Shown here: piece after piece, positions 47,687 to 56,999 of the stretch
Layout of the letters: each line of letters opens with the position of its first letter
How positions within the stretch are numbered: position 1 is the stretch's first letter
DNA from: an uncultured Gemmatimonadales bacterium
GTDB lineage: Bacteria; Gemmatimonadota; Gemmatimonadetes; Gemmatimonadales; Gemmatimonadaceae
Reading direction: 5' to 3'
Length of the DNA stretch: 64,000 nt
Assembly (NCBI GenBank): GCA_963793305.1
Contig: CAWBZV010000014.1
Location: 128,001-192,000 of the forward strand
The notes under the pieces: model-generated
What the model was told of the DNA's origin: nothing
What the model saw: only the letters and a program-made list of their open reading frames with translations
Databases searched by the model: none
Translations under genes and position numbers: made by a program

Positions 47687-48133
47687 TTATGGAACGACCG
47701 CAATGCCTTCGATCTCGATCATGTATTCGTCGCGAGCCAGAGCCACGGCGCCGGTGAGCGTGCTCGCCGGGAGATGATCGCGATCGAGAAATTTGTCGCG
47801 AACGTCGCGGAGCGCCAGCACTTTGTCGTGGTCGAGGCCCACCACGAAGTAGTTCAGCTTCACGAGATTGGCGGTGGTGGCGCCCGCCGCGGACAATTCG
47901 GCGCGCAGGTTCTCAAACGCCTGAGTAGCCTGCGCGCGGAAGTCGCCGCGGCCGACAACGTCACCGTGCGCGTCAGCCGAGACCGCGCCCGAGAGATAAA
48001 CAATCTTTCCGTGCTCGACGACGACCGCGTGGGAATATCCCGGCGGCGGCGCGAGGTTCGGCGCGGTGACGTAGTGCGCTTGGGCGCCGGCAAGCGCCGG
48101 GAATACCGCAATCAGGATCGCGAATGTTCTCAT
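47687..48133 (-). CDS. RidA/YjgF-family protein with predicted signal peptide
   Basis: GYSHAV, YLSG, QATQAFENL, PAST, IEIEGIAV. Confidence 0.88.
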   Translation of the reverse strand: MRTFAILIAVFPALAGAQAHYVTAPNLAPPPGYSHAVVVEHGKIVYLSGAVSADAHGDVVGRGDFRAQATQAFENLRAELSAAGATTANLVKLNYFVVGLDHDKVLALRDVRDKFLDRDHLPASTLTGAVALARDEYMIEIEGIAVVP

Positions 48134-48183
48134 GGGCCAAACGTGACCAAGCTGGACCAGGGCTTGCAAGGGGGTAATCGTTT

Positions 48184-49713
48184 GTGCATGAGGAGCGCGG
48201 ACTTGGGGGCCTAGCGCACGCGATGAGCAGCGCAGACCGGCTGCTCCTCGACGGCGTGCTCGACTATGCCCTGTTTGCCCTCGATCCGCAGGGTTGCGTG
48301 CTCGTATGGAACGCGGGCGCCGAGCGCATGTATGGGTACCGGGCCGACGATATCGCCGGGCAAGACTTCGTGATCTCGTACACGGAGGACGATGTCGCCG
48401 AAGGTCGACCGGCTCGAGAGCTCGAGATCGCGACGACGCGGGGCCGGGTGCAAAGCGAGGCCTGGCGTGTCCGCGAAGACGGCTCGCGGTTCTGGACGAG
48501 CACGATACTGACGGCGCTCCGTGATGACGCAGGGGCGCTGGTGGGATTCGCCGGCGTGACCCGCGACTTGAGCGATCGTCGACAGGCCGACATCGCGCTG
48601 CAGCAAAGCGAGCAGGGCTTCCGGCTTCTCGTTCAGAGCGTGCGGGACTACGCCATCTTCATGCTCGACCCGACGGGCCATATCGCCTCGTGGAACGCCG
48701 GCGCGGAGCGCATCAAGGGCTATACGGCCGACGAGATCACGGGCCAGCATTTTTCGATCTTCTATCCGCCGGAGGATAAGGGGGACGGCAAGCCGGCCCG
48801 CGAGCTGGAGATCGCGATACGGACCGGGGTGTACGGGGAAGAGGGCTGGCGCCTGCGTAAAGACGGATCGCGCTTCTGGGCGAGCGTGGTCATTACGGCT
48901 CTCCGAAACGAGGACGGCAGTCTGGCGGGATTCGCCAAGGTCACCCGCGATCTCACCGAGCGGCAGGCGGGGCAGCTCCGGGCATTGGAGGACGCGCGGC
49001 GCGTGACGGAAGCGGAGACGGCGAATCGCGTCAAGGGCGAGTTTCTCGCCGCAATGTCACACGAGCTCCGGACGCCGCTCAACGCGATCGCGGGCTATGC
49101 GGATCTGATGCTGATGGGCGTGAGCGGTCCAGTCACCGAGGAGCAGCGCTCCCACCTGCAGCGCATCGCCAAGAGCCAGCAGCACCTGCTCGGGATCATC
49201 AACGACCTGCTCAACTTCAGTCGACTCGAAGCCGGCCGTGTCGTATTCGATCTCGGATCGGTCGCGCTCCGGGACATCACCCACGGAATCGTGCCAATGA
49301 TCGCGCCGCAGGCGAATGCGAAGCAGCTCTCGGTCACCGCCCTGTGCGCGTGCGATTGCCGGGCGCACGCGGATCGGTCGAAGGTCGAGCAGATTCTGCT
49401 CAATCTGCTTTCGAACGCCGTCAAGTTCACCGACACCGGCGGGTCGATCGAGGTGACGTGCGGCTCGGAGGGCGATCGAGTCTGGCTCAAGGTATGCGAT
49501 ACGGGAGCTGGCATCCCGGCGAGCGCGATCGAGCGCATCTTCTCGCCGTTCGTTCAGGTCGGACGGAGTCTCGCCAGTCCCAAGGAAGGCGCGGGCCTGG
49601 GTCTCTCGATCAGTCGCGAGCTCGCGCGGGCAATGGGCGGGGAGCTGACGGTGGAGAGTAGCGAAGGCGTCGGCTCGACCTTCACCCTCACGCTCCCGCA
49701 ATTTTCGGCGTAG
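48184..49713 (+). CDS. Double-PAS sensor histidine kinase (start may be ATG 48223)
   Basis: Two DYA.F.LD..G...WNAGAER / DGSRFW PAS-PAC repeats, SHELRTPL, NAVKFT, GLGL. Confidence 0.93.
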   Translation: MHEERGLGGLAHAMSSADRLLLDGVLDYALFALDPQGCVLVWNAGAERMYGYRADDIAGQDFVISYTEDDVAEGRPARELEIATTRGRVQSEAWRVREDGSRFWTSTILTALRDDAGALVGFAGVTRDLSDRRQADIALQQSEQGFRLLVQSVRDYAIFMLDPTGHIASWNAGAERIKGYTADEITGQHFSIFYPPEDKGDGKPARELEIAIRTGVYGEEGWRLRKDGSRFWASVVITALRNEDGSLAGFAKVTRDLTERQAGQLRALEDARRVTEAETANRVKGEFLAAMSHELRTPLNAIAGYADLMLMGVSGPVTEEQRSHLQRIAKSQQHLLGIINDLLNFSRLEAGRVVFDLGSVALRDITHGIVPMIAPQANAKQLSVTALCACDCRAHADRSKVEQILLNLLSNAVKFTDTGGSIEVTCGSEGDRVWLKVCDTGAGIPASAIERIFSPFVQVGRSLASPKEGAGLGLSISRELARAMGGELTVESSEGVGSTFTLTLPQFSA

Positions 49714-49715
49714 GG

Positions 49716-50754
49716 CTAGCGCGCCCGATAGTCCTTCCAATCACGCTCAATGGCTTGGGCCATCGCCTTGGCCGCATGATGGAGCCATCGAGAGTGGCGC
49801 CGACGCACATCGGTCAGCGCCGCTTTCGCTTGAGCAGGGCTGCCGAGGTGCACGTTCGCGGTCTCGACGCCCATCGCGTGCACGAGCCGCGCCTCGTCCC
49901 GCTTGGCGGCCAACGTCGCGATCTCGATCGGGTTCGAGTCGGGTGCGAGGCGTTTGACGATCCATCGGCCCACGACGCGCTGAAACGGATCTGGTGATCG
50001 GATCGCGCGTGTCATCGCGCGCTCATAATAGCGCTTGGGCGGAATGAGCGCCTTGGCTTCGCGCGCGATCTCGGCGCCGTCGCACATGGCGATCATCGCG
50101 AATCGTGGCTGACCGAGGCTGCCAAGACCGGCTTCTCGTCGCACGATCGTTCGCTGCGTGATGGGGTGCGGCACCAGCGCTCCGAGTGCGTTGAGCGCCG
50201 ATCGTGGCGCCTCGCGCACGATTGGCCACTCGCGCAACCGGTCCCAGAAGTGTCGGGGAGGCTTGACCTCCTCGAATGCCGAGCTTTTCCAGGTGCTCGT
50301 GGGATTCCGCCAGCACGAACGGAGATCCACCCTGGCGAAGCGTCGAGATGTATCCGTCGAGAATGGCCTCGCAGGCGTCGCGAGGCCGTATGTCGACGAG
50401 GCCGGCGTCGCGAGCGATCCTGGCGCTCGCCGCCAAACGGACCAGATCGTTCGTGTAGGGAAGGGGATGCGCGTCGTCGAAGTCGTCGACACCCCACGCC
50501 AAGCGACCTTCGGTGTCGCGCCAGGTGCCGAAGCTGTCCACATGCAGATCGCCGACGGCGAGGACGCGCGGGGCGCTGCGCGCATCGGCGACAACCGAAG
50601 GATAGAGCTGTGCCCACCGATAGTAGGTGCCGCGCAGAAAGGCGAAGAGGTCGTCTCGCATGCGGGCATGCTTGTCCCGCAGCGCTGATGCGACGATCGG
50701 CGTTTCTCGTCGCAGCCGGCGCTCGTACTCCCGTGTCGCCTGATGGATGTCCAC
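49716..50754 (-). CDS. DUF2252-family kinase-like protein, frameshifted at ~50275
   Basis: FAFLRGT, VGDLH..SFG, DDFDDA, AGLGSLG..RF, EAKA. Removing one base joins the two halves. Confidence 0.8.
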
Positions 50755-51264
50755 TTACCGCCGGCCTGACATCCCGGCGTCGGCGTCGCGGTTGATGGTC
50801 TGAATAGCCAGCGCGGTGAGTAGCTCGTCGGCCTGCTTCTCCTCGTCGAGCGTCTGCTGCAGCAGGCTCGCGTGTACCGAGTATCCGAGCTGTTCGGCCC
50901 AGGTCCGCGCGCTCCCGTAATTCGCCATCTCGTAGTGCTCGACGCTTTGGGCGCCGGACAGGAGGCCAACATCGAGGATGCCGGCTTCGGGATCTTCTTT
51001 CATGAGCTCGGCTCCTTCGTCGATGATCCCTTGAATGCCTCGACACATCTTGCCTTTCGGACTCTTCCCCAGCTCCTCGAAGATCTGGTCGAGGCGCTCG
51101 ACGTGCGTCTCGGTCTGCAGCCGGTGCGTCTCGAACGCGTCGCGCAGCGCCTCATGCGTGGCGGCGTTCACCATCTTTGGCAGCGCCTTCAGGATCTGGT
51201 GCTCGGCGCTGTACAGATCCTTGAGCTTCTCGACGTACAGGTCCGTCATTGTGGTCGGGGCCAT
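50755..51264 (-). CDS. YciE/YciF (DUF892) ferritin-like protein
   Basis: LKDLYSAE, HRLQT..H, AQSVEHYE..YG, TLDEE. Confidence 0.92.
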   Translation of the reverse strand: MAPTTMTDLYVEKLKDLYSAEHQILKALPKMVNAATHEALRDAFETHRLQTETHVERLDQIFEELGKSPKGKMCRGIQGIIDEGAELMKEDPEAGILDVGLLSGAQSVEHYEMANYGSARTWAEQLGYSVHASLLQQTLDEEKQADELLTALAIQTINRDADAGMSGRR

Positions 51265-51379
51265 CGGTCCTCCGAATAGGCGATGCGGGGTTGTGTGTGA
51301 CAGCCTCTAATGCAATCGCCGGTCCGTGGCGTCGATCTTGCCAGATCGGCCGCATCGCTGTCTTCCCGGAGGTTGACCC

Positions 51380-52396
51380 ATGCGACCGATACTCTTGTCA
51401 GCACTGTTCTTCGTAGCCACCGCACGGGCCCAGCAAGTCGAGATCGGCCTGTATCCGACGGCGCGTCATTACACGCCGGATGTCGGATATGGTGGCCTCT
51501 GGGGTGGCGGGCTCACCGGTACGCTCGGTTATCACTTCACATCGTTTCTCGCGCTCGAAGCGGGATACAGCGACACGTGGAATCCGGAGATCCCCACGCA
51601 CTTGCGCGGGAATCCCCTGACGCAGCTGGCGACGGGCTCGCTCGTGCTCGAAGTGCCGAGCCATGCGCCCGTCGTCCCGTACGTGTCCGGAGGCGCGGGA
51701 TATAACTGGTTCCAATTTCATTTGCCCGACCCGGCGTACCCGGCACTGACCGACATCCGCACAAAGGGATTCTGGGTGTGGCATCCCGCCGCCGGCCTGA
51801 AGTTCAAGCTGAGCCACAATACCGCGCTGCGAGCGGAAGCGAACATGGATGTCCAAAACCATCGACGCGCGACCGCGGGAGGATTCCTCGGTATCTCGTT
51901 CTTCCCAGGAGCGAAGCGACCCGCGCCGCGCGTCGAGCGCATTATCACAACGCCACCTCCCATACACGACACCACCGTCGTGACCCGCGTCGACACGGTC
52001 CGCTTGACGGTGCCGCACGAAGTGCAGAGGACCGTCGTCGACACGAGCGTCTTGCTCGTGTTGCAGGACGTGAACTTCGGGTTCGGCCGGTCCGATCTGC
52101 GGCCGCGAGCCAAGCCGGTGCTCGATCGAGGGGCGCAGCAACTCAACAGCATCGGCAACGTGCCGATTCAGATCATCGGCTACACCGATAGCGTCGGCTC
52201 CGACAGCTACAACAATCGACTCGGCCTCGCGCGCGCCACCGCCGTTCGAGACTACCTCGTGCAGGCTGGCGTAGACCCAAACCGGATCTCCGTGTCGAGT
52301 GGCGGGAAGGGCAACCCCGTCGCATCCAATCGCACGGCCGCGGGAAGGGCGCTCAACCGGCGCGTCGTGATTCGGAAGAATGTGGGCGGTACATAA
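51380..52396 (+). CDS. OmpA-family outer-membrane protein
   Basis: Signal peptide, N-terminal beta barrel, C-terminal GYTD...N..LG..RA and NRRV. SD GGAGG. Confidence 0.9.
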   Translation: MRPILLSALFFVATARAQQVEIGLYPTARHYTPDVGYGGLWGGGLTGTLGYHFTSFLALEAGYSDTWNPEIPTHLRGNPLTQLATGSLVLEVPSHAPVVPYVSGGAGYNWFQFHLPDPAYPALTDIRTKGFWVWHPAAGLKFKLSHNTALRAEANMDVQNHRRATAGGFLGISFFPGAKRPAPRVERIITTPPPIHDTTVVTRVDTVRLTVPHEVQRTVVDTSVLLVLQDVNFGFGRSDLRPRAKPVLDRGAQQLNSIGNVPIQIIGYTDSVGSDSYNNRLGLARATAVRDYLVQAGVDPNRISVSSGGKGNPVASNRTAAGRALNRRVVIRKNVGGT

Positions 52397-52417
52397 GTTC
52401 AGGGTTAAGATTTGCGC

Positions 52418-53296
52418 ATGAAATATCTCATATGCGCTTTCGTGCTGGCCGGCGCACTGCGGGCGCAACCGGTCAAGGTGTATATCTCGGTCGACATGGA
52501 GGGGGTCGCCGGTGTCGTCACCGCCGACCAACTCCTGCCGACGGGATTCGAGTACGAGCGGTTCCGGACGTTTATGACCGCCGAGGCGGTCGCCGCGATC
52601 CAGGGAGCGCGCGATGCCGGCGCGACGGCGATCGTCGTCAGCGACTCGCACGGCAATGGCGAGAACTTGCTCATCGAGCAGCTGCCGACCGACGTCACGC
52701 TGGTCCGCTCGTGGCCACGGCCGCTCACGATGATGGAGGGGATCGACTCATCGTTCGCGGCCGCCGTGTTTATCGGCTATCACGCGTCGACGACGAATCC
52801 CGCCGGCGTCCGCGCCCACACATTCTCGAGCGCCACGTTCACGAGCGTGGAGCTCAACGGCGTCCCGATCCCCGAGGCGGGCCTCAATGCCGCGATCGCC
52901 GGCCGATTCGGCGTGCCCGTCGTGGCGATTTCAGGGGACGATATCGCCGTGCACGAAGCGCAGCAAATGATCGGCGGCCTCGAGGGTGCCGTCGTCAAGC
53001 GCGCGATCAGCTTTCACGCCGCGGCGACCATGACGCCGGCCGCGGCGCAGGCCTTGATTCGCACCACGGTTCGTGCGGGCGTCCAGCGGCGAGCCAGCAT
53101 CAAGCCGTACGTCCTGGCCACCCCCGTGCGCTTGGATCTCAGCTTCAAGAACTATCGGCCGGCCGAGCTGTTGACCTATCTCCCGGGTGTCCAGCGCGTC
53201 TCGTCACACACGATTCGCTTCGTGGGCCACGACATCACCAACGTCTCGCGATTTATCGAGTTCGTGACGAACTATCAGCCCGATCTCTCGCCGTGA
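52418..53296 (+). CDS. dppA: M55 D-aminopeptidase (DppA-like) with predicted signal peptide
   Basis: YISVDMEG, DSHG, IGYH, AHT, SGDD. Confidence 0.9.
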   Translation: MKYLICAFVLAGALRAQPVKVYISVDMEGVAGVVTADQLLPTGFEYERFRTFMTAEAVAAIQGARDAGATAIVVSDSHGNGENLLIEQLPTDVTLVRSWPRPLTMMEGIDSSFAAAVFIGYHASTTNPAGVRAHTFSSATFTSVELNGVPIPEAGLNAAIAGRFGVPVVAISGDDIAVHEAQQMIGGLEGAVVKRAISFHAAATMTPAAAQALIRTTVRAGVQRRASIKPYVLATPVRLDLSFKNYRPAELLTYLPGVQRVSSHTIRFVGHDITNVSRFIEFVTNYQPDLSP

Positions 53297-54728
53297 GCGC
53301 CGCGCCTGCCACGCTTCTCGCGCGATGGGGCGCGTTGTCGAGCATTCGGATGTAGGCATCGTGGGCCTCGCGCGAGCGGCCGGCGGCCAGTAGCAGGTCG
53401 CCGTAGAGCTCGCGCGCCGGGAGCACCGGTCCCGGTGATATCGGCAGCGAGGGCTGTCGATCCTCGAGATCGGCCGCTGCCGACGCACGGGAGATCGCGC
53501 CGGCCGTATCGCCCGCGGCGAGTGCGAGCCACGCCGATGCGGCCAGTCGCTGAATCTTGACCTCGGGAACTTTGTCCTCGATGGCGGCAAGCTCGTCTAC
53601 GTCGACCCGCGCAGCGCTGGTGTCGCCACTCCGCGCCGCGCCGATCGCGCGAGCGAAGTGCGTGATCGCCTCGGTCTCGCGGGCGTCGGGCGCCGGGCGT
53701 ATCGTGAGCACCGCGGCCTCCTTCCAGGCGCTGCGCTCGAGCGCATAGCGGGCCGGGATCGCCGCCAGCGCGTAGGCGTTGGTGTACGACCCGGCCGGAT
53801 AGCTGACCGTGACGGCGTTGGCCTCGTCAACGATCTTCTTCGCGTCGCTGTCGCGGTGCTTCTGCAGGTACGCGTAGACGAGATAGTCCATCGCGTGGCC
53901 GCGCTGATCCCAGAGCCCGTGCCAACCCTGTTGCACCTCATACTGCCGCGCGACGCCGGCTGACTTGACGTTCGCCGCAATGTCTTCGTCCCACAGCCCC
54001 ATGCGCGTGAAGATGTGGGACGGCATGTGCAACGCATGCGGCACGGCGGGCGCGATCTGGGCGTAGCGTCGCGCGGCATCGAGCGCGAGCGGCGCGAGCG
54101 GCGGCGAGTCGTTGGCGTGGATCACGTAGTGCGCCAGACCGGGATGCGTCGGGTCGGCGCGGAACAGCGGAAACAGGATCGAGTCCGCGCGTCGCGTCCG
54201 CGCGCCGGTCGTGTCGTACGCGGCGCCGTTGCCGAGGATCGCCAGCGCGTAGAAGATCGCCGCTTCGTGATCCTCGGGGTTCTGCCGGTACACTTTCTCC
54301 ATCGCCTGCTCGTACGCGGCGATCCGTACACGGTAGGACGGTGTGGGAAGCTCGCGATAGTACGTCGCGATCGCATCCGCGTAGTCGCGCTCGCGCGGCG
54401 TATGCGCGAGCGTCGTCGCGCGTTCGCTCAAGTCGTGCCCACGCTTCAAGTCGTCGGGTGACGGCGGCGCCCACATCGGGTGGAGCAGGCTCATCGCCTG
54501 ACCCCAGTACGCCATCGCGCAGTCCGAGTCCGCGGCGCTCACCGCCGCGAATGTGCGGAACGACTCCTCGTACCAGAACGAGTGCAGCAGCGCGACGCCA
54601 CGATCGAACTGGGGCTGCACGTCGCTCGCGCACGACGTCGCGAAGTGCACGTGGCCGATCTCGTGCTCGTGCGCCTCCTGGGCGCCGAGGACGGTGGACA
54701 TGGCCAGCAGCATCAGCGGAGCGCGCAT
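53253..54728 (-). CDS. Exported TPR-like helical protein with His-rich motifs
   Basis: Signal peptide, GVALLHSFW, CAMAYWG, HPGLAHYVIH, PHALHMPSHIF. Confidence 0.82.
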   Translation of the reverse strand: MRAPLMLLAMSTVLGAQEAHEHEIGHVHFATSCASDVQPQFDRGVALLHSFWYEESFRTFAAVSAADSDCAMAYWGQAMSLLHPMWAPPSPDDLKRGHDLSERATTLAHTPRERDYADAIATYYRELPTPSYRVRIAAYEQAMEKVYRQNPEDHEAAIFYALAILGNGAAYDTTGARTRRADSILFPLFRADPTHPGLAHYVIHANDSPPLAPLALDAARRYAQIAPAVPHALHMPSHIFTRMGLWDEDIAANVKSAGVARQYEVQQGWHGLWDQRGHAMDYLVYAYLQKHRDSDAKKIVDEANAVTVSYPAGSYTNAYALAAIPARYALERSAWKEAAVLTIRPAPDARETEAITHFARAIGAARSGDTSAARVDVDELAAIEDKVPEVKIQRLAASAWLALAAGDTAGAISRASAAADLEDRQPSLPISPGPVLPARELYGDLLLAAGRSREAHDAYIRMLDNAPHRARSVAGAALTARDRADSSSRTR

Positions 54729-54749
54729 AGCACCTCTCGTCCGTCAATA

Positions 54750-55778
54750 CTACAGTCGCTCGCAGGCCGCGCTCAACAGTGCTTTAGCCTTGTCATAGTC
54801 GGCGGACTTGAGATCGAGCGTCACCATCACGTCGTGCCGCGTGGCGCCCAAGATGGAGCCATTGATGAGCGCGGCCGAGTCCCAGGGCCCGCGCAGCGTG
54901 GTGTCGGTCTTGAAGCTCGTCGTGACGGGAGCACCCGTAGCGGAGCCACCGACCATCTTCATGAGACCGCCCATCATCTTCTGCTGCGACGAGTCGAGCG
55001 TGGGCATCGAGACTTGGGGCGTGCCAAGGACCCCGCTCCCCATGGGCATCGTGTGCTTCAGCCGGTCGAGCGCCTGGTATCCGCCGCGCCACGTGACGGC
55101 CAATGGATACGATCGGGGGTCGGCACCCCCCTTCACCTTATACGTGCACTCCGAGCCATCGGGGTCGGCGACCGGATTGCCGTCCAACGGCCCGAGGATC
55201 TGCACAACCCGCGCACGCGGTATCAGATCGCACGCACTCGCCAGACGCGGATGCGGTTTCGGCGCGAGCGCGGCTGAGCGCGCGCCGTCATAGTCCAACG
55301 GATGGTTGAGCCGACCGACGATCTTCGTGGCGAGATCGATGGCGCCGGGTTTGCCGCCCTCTGACCCGCTGACGTCGACGATGATCTGGGCGTCGGACTT
55401 CCACACGGTCAGGCTACCCATTATCGACCACATCGATCGGTCCCATGGTCCGGGCGGACCGGCCAGGAGGCGTGCGCCGGGAGTCTGGCCGCCGGCGATG
55501 GTCTTTGGGGCGCCCGTGACGACCTGACCGACCTGGGGGGCCCCGGCGCCGCGTGAGACCGTTACGACAACGCTTCGTCCGTCCCGCCCGCGATACATGC
55601 AGGCATCGCCGGTCGGACTCGGGGCGACGTCGCCGTCGTCGTAGCGGTAAGGAGGGTTAGCGAGGGGGCCGACGTAGGTCTCGGCCTCGCTCGAGGCGAG
55701 CCATCGGCACGAATCCGTTCCGTCCTGCGCTTGGCAGGCGGTGGCCGCGAACACGAAGATGATGAGAGAGAGTCGCAT
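54750..55778 (-). CDS. Hypothetical lipoprotein with two internal repeats
   Basis: FAATAC lipobox; repeats SCRWL...ACMY...GPWD and ACDLI...ECTY...GPWD. Confidence 0.75.
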   Translation of the reverse strand: MRLSLIIFVFAATACQAQDGTDSCRWLASSEAETYVGPLANPPYRYDDGDVAPSPTGDACMYRGRDGRSVVVTVSRGAGAPQVGQVVTGAPKTIAGGQTPGARLLAGPPGPWDRSMWSIMGSLTVWKSDAQIIVDVSGSEGGKPGAIDLATKIVGRLNHPLDYDGARSAALAPKPHPRLASACDLIPRARVVQILGPLDGNPVADPDGSECTYKVKGGADPRSYPLAVTWRGGYQALDRLKHTMPMGSGVLGTPQVSMPTLDSSQQKMMGGLMKMVGGSATGAPVTTSFKTDTTLRGPWDSAALINGSILGATRHDVMVTLDLKSADYDKAKALLSAACERL

Positions 55779-55880
55779 GCGGCCATCGTAGCGCGGTCGC
55801 ATCTCGCTGCCGTCTCTTGCGTGACAGACGGTCGCGAGACGGGTGGGACCTAGCGTGCCACCCTCCTCCTGCACGAGGTC

Positions 55881-56999
55881 ATGGTGCCCACGCTCCGACT
55901 CGCCGCGCTGATCGCGCTTCTTCCCACACTCTCCGTGTCCGCCCAGGGCCGCACCAGGACGTACTACATTGCTGCCGACCCGGTGTCCTGGGACTACCTA
56001 CCCGGTGGCCGCGATGGGATCGTTGGTGCGCCGATGGCCGACACGGCGTTCTTCGCCAATGCCAAGCCCGGCCAGTGGCGACGACGTACCAGAAGGTGCT
56101 CTATCGGGCGTACACCGATAGCTCCTTTCGCACACTGGAGGCTCGCCCTCCGGAGTGGCGGCACTTGGGATTTCTGGGTCCGCTCATTCGGGCCACAGTA
56201 GGCGACACCATTCGCGTCGTATTCCGCAACAACGGCCAGCGGCCATACAGCGTCCACCCGCATGGTGTGTTCTACGAGAAGAGCTCCGAGGGGGCGCCGT
56301 ACGACGATGGCACAACGGGTATCCACCGGACGGGCAATGGCGTGCCGCCTGGCGGCACCCACGTCTATGTATGGCCCGTGCCCGATCGCGCCGGCCCCGG
56401 CCCGATGGACGGAAGCTCCGTCCTATGGATGTATCACTCGCACGTGGACGAAGTCCGCGACATCAACACCGGGCTCTTTGGTCCCATGATCGTGACGGCG
56501 CGCGGGAAAGCCCGACCGGATGGCTCGCCGATCGATGTCGACCGCGAAATCATCGCCAGCTTCATGCAGGTCGAAGAAAACGACAGCTGGCTGCGGGACA
56601 AGAACGCCCTGTGGCGGGACTCGCTCGAGCACCTGGGCCCGACGCCGAATCCCTCGAAAACGCAGGACGTTCTACCCGTGGTTCGTGAAGTTCACGATCA
56701 ACGGCTTCGTGCACGGCAGCATGCCGCTCGACGAGATCACGATGAAACAGAACGAGCGGGTGCGCTGGTATCTCATGGCGTCGACGAACGACTTCGACTT
56801 TCATGCCCCGCACTGGCATGGCAACACCGTCATCGTGAACGGTATGCGGACGGACGTGACGCAACTGGCCATGATGCAGATGGCGATCGCCGACATGATC
56901 CCCGACAACGTCGGCACGTGGCTCTTCCACTGCCACGTCTCGTTTCACAACGAAGAGGGGATGGCCGTGCGCTACCGCGTTATCGCGGCAACGCCGTGA
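55881..56999 (+). CDS. Two-domain multicopper oxidase, frameshifts at ~56069 and ~56670
   Basis: HPHG, WMYHSH, HAPHWHG and WLFHCHVSFHNEEGM spread over three frames; signal peptide. Confidence 0.88.

Noticed and set aside
49925..49950. tRNA T-loop-like GGTTCGAGTC
   Set aside because: No pairing T-stem or cloverleaf, and it lies within the DUF2252 gene.
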